Shown here: one piece after another, positions 9,721 through 16,331 of the stretch
Layout: each line of letters opens with the position of its first letter
Numbering within the stretch: the first letter of the stretch is position 1
Source: a virus
Lineage: Duplodnaviria > Caudoviricetes
Virus record (IMG/VR): IMGVR_UViG_3300014613_000090
Coordinates: 1 to 27,412 of that record
DNA: 27,412 bases
Direction: 5' to 3' (one strand)
Made by a program: the position numbers and the translations under genes
The notes under the pieces: generated by a model
Database searches by the model: none
What the model was told of the DNA's origin: nothing
The model's input: only the letters and a program-made list of their open reading frames with translations

Positions 9721-9743
9721 GTAAAATCAATTATTGACTTTAC
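9721..9743. promoter_or_regulatory. 23-bp palindromic operator-like motif, copy A (GTAAAATCAATTATTGACTTTAC)
   Basis: Near-perfect inverted repeat 15 nt upstream of the 9705 start codon; recurs at 19034 and 24848. Confidence 0.65.
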
Positions 9744-10005
9744 TAGTATCAGTTATAGTAAAAGTTGGTTTAGAGAAGACTAGAGCTTGTATATCTACTT
9801 TATTTAAAGCTCTAATCTTCTCTTGAATATCATTTGCAACTAAATCAATATAAGTCTTATATCTCTCACTATGAATATAATCTCTGTACTTCTCATGATA
9901 ATCCTCATCATAAATTCCCCAAGCTTTAAAAGCTTTAGTCCATATAGGTATAGTCTTCTTCTCAAGCCAACTATCTCCTAAAAGACTTAAATAGGGTTTG
10001 AATTT
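9727..10005 (-). CDS. Start-less 92-codon open frame (KFKPYLSLLGDSWLEKKTIPIWTKAFKAWGIYDEDYHEKYRDY...SKVNN*), probable -1 frameshift extension of the 86-aa gene
   Basis: Manually translated with no stop from 10005 to TGA at 9729-9727; no in-frame ATG/GTG/TTG; fills an otherwise empty gap; A/T-ending codons as in neighbouring genes. Confidence 0.5.
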   Translation of the reverse strand, partial: KFKPYLSLLGDSWLEKKTIPIWTKAFKAWGIYDEDYHEKYRDYIHSERYKTYIDLVANDIQEKIRALNKVDIQALVFSKPTFTITDTSKVNN

Positions 10006-10247
10006 TTAAACCAACCTACTACATTAAATAAACCTACCAATATATCGCATAATCCACCAACAATTCCTAAAAGTTTGTCTTTGCTAATAACAGTAATTCC
10101 TAAATTATCATAAAATAAACCAATAGCGTCCAAAACTGCCTTCTTCTTTTCTGCACCAAACCCAGGAGTTTCAACTTGTTTTATCAATGATACAACTACA
10201 GGAATTAATCCTACTAATAAACCTAATACTTCTAACATTTTACTCAT
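9987..10247 (-). CDS. Holin-like small membrane protein (86 aa)
   Basis: Two hydrophobic segments; directly after the M15A peptidase; GGAGGTG RBS; Met-Ser-Lys-Met start. Confidence 0.5.
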   Translation of the reverse strand: MSKMLEVLGLLVGLIPVVVSLIKQVETPGFGAEKKKAVLDAIGLFYDNLGITVISKDKLLGIVGGLCDILVGLFNVVGWFKNSNPI

Positions 10248-10253
10248 TATTTT

Positions 10254-10703
10254 TCACCTCCCTTCTTTTACAAACTTAACAGCATCCTTGAACTTTTTAA
10301 AGTAAACGTAAATGTATCCCTTTCCTTTAAACTTCACCCAAGCTTCAGATGGTATAGGTCTGAAAGTATCAACATGTACATGTCCATCATTAGGATACAT
10401 GCCTATTCTGTCAAAGCCTATATGCTTAGCTTCCTCAGCAAGTTCAATCACGCTCATGCCCTTAACACTGATGTCCCAAGCTTTAGCAAACAAATGAGCA
10501 GAGTTCCAATACCCACCTATAGACTTATTGTATGCAGGGCATCGTATACCCCCACCCTTAGATATGTAAATAGGTAAGTCTATGTAATCTCTAAGACTCT
10601 GCAACAGGTATATAGAACGTGCATCAACTGGTCTATCTTTACCACACCCACAAGGGCATTGGACTTCTATATACTTAAAGTTTTTAGTTATATATAATGA
10701 CAT
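10254..10703 (-). CDS. Endolysin, peptidase M15A (Peptidase_M15_3 / YcbK-like Zn peptidase)
   Basis: NF...E..CPCGCG, LQ.LRD....PI.I..G.RC..YN..IGG..NS.H....A.DI, IG.Y....HVHVD. Confidence 0.9.
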   Translation of the reverse strand: MSLYITKNFKYIEVQCPCGCGKDRPVDARSIYLLQSLRDYIDLPIYISKGGGIRCPAYNKSIGGYWNSAHLFAKAWDISVKGMSVIELAEEAKHIGFDRIGMYPNDGHVHVDTFRPIPSEAWVKFKGKGYIYVYFKKFKDAVKFVKEGR

Positions 10704-10705
10704 GA

Positions 10706-10942
10706 TTAACTCCTATTTATTTTAGTAATCTCATTCTTCAAGTCATTTATACTTATAGTAAATGTTATGATAGCATTCTTCATATCTTTAGTGTTATCTG
10801 AATCTGTTTTTACAATTGAAGTTAACTCTTGCACACAAGTAGTTAAAGCATTTATTCTAGGTTCTATCCTAACTAATAAATATATAGCTACAAGAATAGG
10901 AAATCCTACTTGTGAGACCCACTTAAATAATATTTCTTCCAT
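10706..10942 (-). CDS. YvrJ-family small membrane protein (putative holin)
   Basis: VSQVGFPILVAIYLLVRIE matches the YvrJ signature, followed by a coiled coil; adjacent to the endolysin. Confidence 0.75.
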   Translation of the reverse strand: MEEILFKWVSQVGFPILVAIYLLVRIEPRINALTTCVQELTSIVKTDSDNTKDMKNAIITFTISINDLKNEITKINRS

Positions 10943-10954
10943 TACTTCATCTCC

Positions 10955-11449
10955 TTAAAATGTTCTAAACCATTGATATTTTTTCTCTAATACTTTACCT
11001 TCCCAGCTCCTTATCTCTTGATATTTTAGACCATCTGGAAAAGTTATATGCCCTGCTCCCTCATACCCACTTAATCCTATATATAATTGGTTATTGCTAA
11101 ATACACCAAATTTACCCTGATAAGGAAACACACAAATAGCATGGCACTTCTTTTTATTGCCCCATCTCGCTTTATCATAGCCGCTATGGATAACAAATCT
11201 TGCCCCATCTATCTTAATTATCCTCACTAATATATCCACATACCACCTCGCCCAATCCTCACAATCACCGCCGCCATCGTTATAGAATTCAACTGGCGTC
11301 TTCCAGTAATCTTTCTTTTCAGCAATATATTTAAACTTCTGTGAATATTGATGTAATTTAGTTACAGAATTCAATCCATTAACTACCGATAAATATTCGA
11401 TAGTTGGTTCAAAAGATTTCCATTTGTTCTTAAATATTCCTATACACAT
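10955..11449 (-). CDS. Transglutaminase-like cysteine peptidase (BTLCP / LapG-like, C93)
   Basis: DYWKTPVEFYNDGGGDCEDWA matches D.W.TP.E.....GDCED(Y/F)A, followed by HAICV. Confidence 0.8.
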   Translation of the reverse strand: MCIGIFKNKWKSFEPTIEYLSVVNGLNSVTKLHQYSQKFKYIAEKKDYWKTPVEFYNDGGGDCEDWARWYVDILVRIIKIDGARFVIHSGYDKARWGNKKKCHAICVFPYQGKFGVFSNNQLYIGLSGYEGAGHITFPDGLKYQEIRSWEGKVLEKKYQWFRTF

Positions 11450-11474
11450 TTGTAGCTACACCCTTTTAATTATT

Positions 11475-12386
11475 TTATGTTCCAATGAAAGCACCACTAA
11501 ACCAACTTCCAACTGAAATATCCGTTTGTGTCATTCCCACATTTTGCACTATTTGTACATAAGCTGTATCAGAAGCATCCATATCTGCAATTACATTTAA
11601 ACTCATAGTCCAATAGGGAATATCAGCAGAAAATTTGGTAGTGTCAAGCATAGTAAGATAAGTTCGATTACTTGTTACAAGTTTCAGTTGATAGTAAACA
11701 GTAGCAGTATCAAGATTTAAAAGATCAAGAGATACTTGAAATGAATATTTACCAGTTATTGGGGCAGTAAAAGTATTAGAAGCAAAATTATTCCCAGTGT
11801 CGAATATCTCTGTTCCCCAAACAACATTGGTTGTACTTGAAAAATCATTTTGTGCTTGTGTTGGTCGAGCTTGAAATGCTGAAGTAACACCACCAGCCGC
11901 TGCTTTGAATATAGCATTCCCTGTAGCAGTATCTTTGGTTAAGACATGTTCGTCAGTTGCCCCTGCTACATCAGTAAGAGCGTTTATAGCAGTCTGGGCG
12001 GTAGATTGCCCTGTTCCACCGCCAGCAATGGGTAATCCAGTACAGTTGGTTAGTGTTCCTGATGTAGGAGTACCCAAAACAGGAGTAACAAAAGTTGGTG
12101 AAGTATTATAAACTAATTTATCCGTACCAGTTTCATCACTTATCACCCCTGCAAGTTCAGTAGAAGTAGTTGCAGCAAAGACTGATAATTTATCAGCTTT
12201 CTTAGCAAAGGTTGCTACATCAGACAAATCAGCGCTTGAAATTTGCGTGTCATTTATATAAAACCCCCCTGTAGTACCTACATCTCCATTGAAGCTTGTA
12301 GATTCACCTGTTTTACCATAAGTAACAGCAAGTACTTCTAATGGTAGTAACAAACATATTAAGATAATTATAATTATTTTTTTCAT
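11475..12386 (-). CDS. Fibre-like protein (303 aa) with N-terminal signal peptide and C-terminal gC1q-like domain
   Basis: MKK-IIIIILICLLLPLE-VLA signal; fibre shaft motifs (SDETGT..LV..TSPT.VTP.LGTP.SG.LTNCTGLP, GGTG); C1q-like AF.A...V.W..E.FD.G.NF...TFTAP..GKY.F...MDA.D...V....SWFSG. Confidence 0.75.
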   Translation of the reverse strand: MKKIIIIILICLLLPLEVLAVTYGKTGESTSFNGDVGTTGGFYINDTQISSADLSDVATFAKKADKLSVFAATTSTELAGVISDETGTDKLVYNTSPTFVTPVLGTPTSGTLTNCTGLPIAGGGTGQSTAQTAINALTDVAGATDEHVLTKDTATGNAIFKAAAGGVTSAFQARPTQAQNDFSSTTNVVWGTEIFDTGNNFASNTFTAPITGKYSFQVSLDLLNLDTATVYYQLKLVTSNRTYLTMLDTTKFSADIPYWTMSLNVIADMDASDTAYVQIVQNVGMTQTDISVGSWFSGAFIGT

Positions 12387-12402
12387 ACACTCACCTCTAA
12401 AA

Positions 12403-12430
12403 CTATCAAGGGGCAGTTGCCTACCCCTTA
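12403..12430 (-). terminator. Intergenic hairpin with GNRA loop (AAGGGGTAG-GCAA-CTGCCCCTT), possible intrinsic terminator or attenuator
   Basis: 9-bp stem just after the stop of the 420-aa gene; only an imperfect U-tract (GATAGTTTT) follows. Confidence 0.5.
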
Positions 12431-12440
12431 ATAATTAGTT

Positions 12441-13703
12441 TTATGGATGATACCATACGGTTACATCTGAATTGGCTACTAAAGCAGCCTCAAAATCTAT
12501 AGTTTCATAATCTGGGTCTATTTTATTTGCTGCAATTACAACATCCACTCCATTTATACTTGTTTTATAAACATCTGCATCTGCATTGAAAGCATTAGCT
12601 AACCCAATGATAGTACTAATACCTAAAGATACTGTATCACCAGCGTCTACACCAGTAGGAATATTATATTTTGAAATTGTAGACCAAGCTTTAACTCCAT
12701 AAGCTATTGTTCCAGCAGCAACTGCAATAGTTTCAGTATCTGCATCTCCAGTTGATAAGACCCCAGTAATCGTTACATTACCTTCTGGAGTAGAATTATT
12801 AGTTGTCGTAATACTTACATTTCTTGGTACATCAGGATTAACAGTTACAGAAATATCATTACCTAAACCATCCCCAGCGGCAGCAGCATGACAATAAGTA
12901 GCACTTGCTCCTTGTACATCCATAAAATGGTCTACATGATTACCAGCAGCAGCAATATCAGCAGTAGTAGCTAACGTTCCAGTAGTAGGTAATGTTACTG
13001 TAGTAGCTCCACTAGTAGTAAATTCAATAGGGTCATCACCAACTAAAGATATAGTTTCTGCAGCATTGTTAGCTACACCAGTACCACCTTGACCTGCACC
13101 AAGAGGAACAGTTAAAGTAATAGCTCCAGTTACTCCTAAAGTACCTGGGATTAAGACATCTCCATCATCATCAACTGTAAACAGTGGCGTATTTGAATCT
13201 TGTGTTCCTTTAGATATACCAAATACTTGTTGCCCAGCGGCAGGACTTCCACCTACAATAAACTCAACTAAAGGGTCGGTAACGGCACCAGCTGTAGTTC
13301 CAGCGGTGATAAATAACAACTGGTCGTCAGTACTTTCATCAAAATTGATAGCCCAGTTAGCATCATTACCAAAGACAAGGTTTATATCGTCTTGTACTTC
13401 CCAAACACCTGTAATACTTTCAGCATCTGCGTCAAAGATAAGAGCTTCTATGGTGTCTTCACCTGTTGCATCTACAGCATCAAGTCCGTTAAGTGTTCCA
13501 GTTCCAGTAAAAGTAAGGGAGTCTGTGGCTAAAATTAGAGTATCATTGATATAATAGCCATAACTAGTGGCGACTCCAACATCACCTCCCACAAAATTCG
13601 TGGTTGGTCCTACGTTAGCAGGGGTTATTACTGCAAAAGCACTAAAAGTCATAGTTAAAAGTATAGCTAATGTTATTAATACTAAATTTAATTTCTTCAT
13701 CAT
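12441..13703 (-). CDS. Fibre-like protein (420 aa from ATG 13703) with N-terminal signal peptide; C-terminal domain paralogous to the 210-aa fibre
   Basis: Start revised from the track (GGAGGTGAG RBS before ATG ATG AAG AAA); MMKKLN-LVLITLAILLTMTFS-AFA signal; GGTG fibre motif; Thr/Gly/Asp-rich. Confidence 0.75.
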   Translation of the reverse strand: MMKKLNLVLITLAILLTMTFSAFAVITPANVGPTTNFVGGDVGVATSYGYYINDTLILATDSLTFTGTGTLNGLDAVDATGEDTIEALIFDADAESITGVWEVQDDINLVFGNDANWAINFDESTDDQLLFITAGTTAGAVTDPLVEFIVGGSPAAGQQVFGISKGTQDSNTPLFTVDDDGDVLIPGTLGVTGAITLTVPLGAGQGGTGVANNAAETISLVGDDPIEFTTSGATTVTLPTTGTLATTADIAAAGNHVDHFMDVQGASATYCHAAAAGDGLGNDISVTVNPDVPRNVSITTTNNSTPEGNVTITGVLSTGDADTETIAVAAGTIAYGVKAWSTISKYNIPTGVDAGDTVSLGISTIIGLANAFNADADVYKTSINGVDVVIAANKIDPDYETIDFEAALVANSDVTVWYHP

Positions 13704-13724
13704 TTTCTCACCTCCTCTCGTCAA

Positions 13725-14012
13725 TTATTTTTTAGATTTTACCCAAATAGTTATGTCATATGTATAACCATCATTAAACGTGTTCGAATATGTAAAAGAA
13801 TCATCACATAGATGTAGCTCTCCAATTACGTTAACCATGCAGTTCTTAAGTTCTATTAAAGTGTTATTCATCCCATCTATTATAGTAACGTTTAAATGAG
13901 TAACAGGTTTTGATACAGGTTCAACAACCTTAGTCTCAGGTGCAACAGTTTCCTGTGCTCCAACAAAGATAACCATACATATAATTGCTAAAATTACCAA
14001 AAAATACTTCAT
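13725..14012 (-). CDS. Small exported protein (95 aa from ATG 14012)
   Basis: AAGGAGG RBS before ATG 14012; MKY-FLVILAIICMVIF-VGA|QE signal-peptide pattern. Confidence 0.7.
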   Translation of the reverse strand: MKYFLVILAIICMVIFVGAQETVAPETKVVEPVSKPVTHLNVTIIDGMNNTLIELKNCMVNVIGELHLCDDSFTYSNTFNDGYTYDITIWVKSKK

Positions 14013-14028
14013 AACAATTTCCTCCTTT

Positions 14029-14661
14029 CTAAGCAAATTGATAGTACCATACACACATATCTTGATAAACTCCTGCAGTCGAGAAATCTATAGTCCCATA
14101 AATAGCATTAACCAAACTTGCATAAGTAGAAGTAACATCTACAGCATTTACAGTTATCTTGTATACTTGATTGGCAGCATCTATCATATGCTGAAGTCCA
14201 AACTTATCTCCAATTCCAACTGATACAGTATCAGAAGCAGATACTCCTGCTGGTAATTGTATATTAGTAATAGTATCAAAAGGTAAGTTTCCAATTACTG
14301 TACTTCCAGGAACTATTACAAAAGTTTCATTTGTAGATACACCTCTTACCAAACCTGTAAGTACTACATTTCCAGATGGGCTAGCGATATTAGATGTAGT
14401 TATAGTAGCAACTCTACTATCTCCTGGGTTGGTAATTCCAGTTATTATATTCTGAACAGCACCATTTCCACTAATTGCTAAATGTATAGCAGTCACTGAA
14501 GCAGCTGCCACATCTACGAATCTTTCCTTCCAAATACCACCTATACCTAGAAGAGTGCAAATAGCATCTAATATATCCCAGTTATAATTTAAGTCTGTAA
14601 GCATGCTACTTCCATCAGACCCTTCAGGTTTTCTTAAAAGCAAATTCGTAGAATACTGCAT
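14029..14661 (-). CDS. Tail fibre / receptor-binding protein (210 aa)
   Basis: N-terminus STNLLLRKPEGSD....TDLNYNWDILD resembles the common phage fibre anchor T.NL.L.KP...D.....LN.N.D.LD; beta-rich C-terminal domain; no signal peptide. Confidence 0.7.
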   Translation of the reverse strand: MQYSTNLLLRKPEGSDGSSMLTDLNYNWDILDAICTLLGIGGIWKERFVDVAAASVTAIHLAISGNGAVQNIITGITNPGDSRVATITTSNIASPSGNVVLTGLVRGVSTNETFVIVPGSTVIGNLPFDTITNIQLPAGVSASDTVSVGIGDKFGLQHMIDAANQVYKITVNAVDVTSTYASLVNAIYGTIDFSTAGVYQDMCVWYYQFA

Positions 14662-14927
14662 TACACCACCCCATAAAAAGTAGTAACAGGTTTAGGAATT
14701 ATGTAATATCTAGTAATATAAGGAACTTTGTGAATTTTCCACCAACTGTACACACCGAGATATCCGAGTTGTTTCCAAGTAGCAAGCCCTACTTTTCTCC
14801 AGAAACATGCAAACATTGGAACAAGATAGAAAGTAGTGTCAACAGTTTGCATAGAATAGAAAGTAGTACTAACTGCCCTTACATTATAACAAGTAGTATC
14901 AACTTCTGGTATTATATAGTATGTCAT
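14661..14927 (-). CDS. Small tail-associated protein (88 aa) with 10-aa V(D/S)TT(F/C)Y repeats and Trp-rich centre
   Basis: Overlap-coupled to both neighbours; 30-bp-period DNA repeats at 14826, 14856 and 14886. Confidence 0.6.
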   Translation of the reverse strand: MTYYIIPEVDTTCYNVRAVSTTFYSMQTVDTTFYLVPMFACFWRKVGLATWKQLGYLGVYSWWKIHKVPYITRYYIIPKPVTTFYGVV

Positions 14928-15862
14928 TTAACACCTGGGTACATATACCCTCTCCCTCTTATATGGTCTCGTGTGGGTATGAGTCCCCCTCTAAATCCCT
15001 TATCTGAAAGGAATTCATCGGGATGCCTATTGAGAACTTTCATATGCCCAGCAAGCATTAAGTTAAGTTCCTTGATAGCATCAAGTTTCTTCTCTACTTC
15101 TTCAAGAACTCTCCAACCAAATATAGAAGTAGACATACATATTAAGTCCTCTATATGAGACACTTCAGGTTCGCTATCATCTCCACTCAATGAGTCTTGC
15201 CACTTCCAGTACACCAATTCACCACATAGAGCCTCATCTATAGGTCTGCCTATTTCAAATATATCTCCCTTATCTATATATATGGATGGCTTGTTAGATG
15301 TCAGTTCAGTTATATCTGCAACTTGCTCTACATAGTCCTCTTCAAGAATATACTCAAGCTTCCTACTTTCTGTCCCTCCATATACCTCCATCATATGAGG
15401 AGAAGTTCCAGTATCTGTCAAATCCACTGCTGTTCCTGTAGTAGCAAGAGCACTAGTTAAAGCAAGTTGGATAGTAGTACTAGATAGGTTGATAACATAA
15501 TAGAAAGTGTTAGCAGCCAAAGGAGCTGGAGGGTCAGAGTTAAGAAACTGAACCCTTGTTCCAGTACTTATATCCTCGCTAACAGTAATTATATTAGTAC
15601 CTATATTTATATCACCTTCCTCTATATCAAGCATTGAGTGGTCTAAAAGGGTTAAGGACTTAGAATACTTCATATCATCAGGAAAGGCATACTCAGTCTG
15701 GCCTATAACGAATGGAAACTTAACCCTTTTCCTTAAGCCTTTAAAATCACACTGCCTATCAAGATAGTACATTGACCAATTTATCCAATTAACTATATTA
15801 GTATCAAGGTCGTCTCTTCCAAGCATTAATGCTACTTCAGTAACAATCTCACTCCGTTTCAT
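14924..15862 (-). CDS. Head-tail adaptor / tail tubular protein A-like (312 aa) with an inserted beta domain
   Basis: M...EI...V...LGR.DL...I..WIN......GQTEY.FP.D, then KP..Y, P, Y.K....LS.D..EP; insert of about 75 aa at ~15385-15615. Confidence 0.7.
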   Translation of the reverse strand: MKRSEIVTEVALMLGRDDLDTNIVNWINWSMYYLDRQCDFKGLRKRVKFPFVIGQTEYAFPDDMKYSKSLTLLDHSMLDIEEGDINIGTNIITVSEDISTGTRVQFLNSDPPAPLAANTFYYVINLSSTTIQLALTSALATTGTAVDLTDTGTSPHMMEVYGGTESRKLEYILEEDYVEQVADITELTSNKPSIYIDKGDIFEIGRPIDEALCGELVYWKWQDSLSGDDSEPEVSHIEDLICMSTSIFGWRVLEEVEKKLDAIKELNLMLAGHMKVLNRHPDEFLSDKGFRGGLIPTRDHIRGRGYMYPGVK

Positions 15863-16267
15863 CTATTCACCTTCTTTGGCTATCATAAACTTCTCATACA
15901 CTCTAAAGTGTTCCATAGTTAACTTCTCTTCATCTTCGAGTTTTTGTAAAGCACTTCTAATTAATCCTAACAAAGTCTCTTTAAAAGTAAACTCTTTCTC
16001 AGGCACTGCTGTCCAACCCTTCTCAGCGATAACTCCACCTTGGTCGTTAGGTTTTAAGCCTGCTATAACAGACTCTTCGTCAGTTGCACCTAACATCAAA
16101 TTTGCCTCAGTTACAATCTTCAATGTAGCAAAGTTACCTGTTTGAGGCAAGAGTCCCATAATCACTAGTCTTTCAAACAAGTTTAACTTTGTCTTAAAGT
16201 CTTCTGCAAAAACAGAAACACTTAGAAGTATTAAAATACAAAGAACTATAGCAATCTTCTTAAACAT
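15863..16267 (-). CDS. Fibre-associated (chaperone-like) protein (134 aa) with N-terminal signal peptide
   Basis: MFKK-IAIVLCILILLSVS-VFA|ED; mature part KLNLFERL....LLP..GNFATLKIV...L..L...EKL...H..VYEKF; AAGGAGG RBS; directly follows the 784-aa fibre. Confidence 0.65.
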   Translation of the reverse strand: MFKKIAIVLCILILLSVSVFAEDFKTKLNLFERLVIMGLLPQTGNFATLKIVTEANLMLGATDEESVIAGLKPNDQGGVIAEKGWTAVPEKEFTFKETLLGLIRSALQKLEDEEKLTMEHFRVYEKFMIAKEGE

Positions 16268-16290
16268 GATTTCCTCCTTTCTAAGAGATT

Positions 16291-16314
16291 ACGGCATTTT
16301 TGGTTCAATGCCGC
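16291..16314 (-). other. Intergenic hairpin (GCGGCATT-GAACCAAA-AATGCCGT)
   Basis: 8-bp stem between the 784-aa and 134-aa genes; no U-tract on the coding strand. Confidence 0.45.
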
Positions 16315-16331
16315 AAAACCGTTTTCATTCG

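Noticed and set aside
9840-9965. 41-aa TTG-start minus-strand ORF (LRRRLYLYGLK...) after an AGGAG
   Set aside because: It is short, leaves the rest of the gap empty, and has a less typical codon pattern than the overlapping 92-codon frame. It cannot be fully excluded.
13719-13731. Partial matches to the palindrome (GTCAATTATT at ~13720 and ~21594)
   Set aside because: They lack the TGA right arm. The first overlaps a stop codon and the second lies inside a CDS, so chance is likely.
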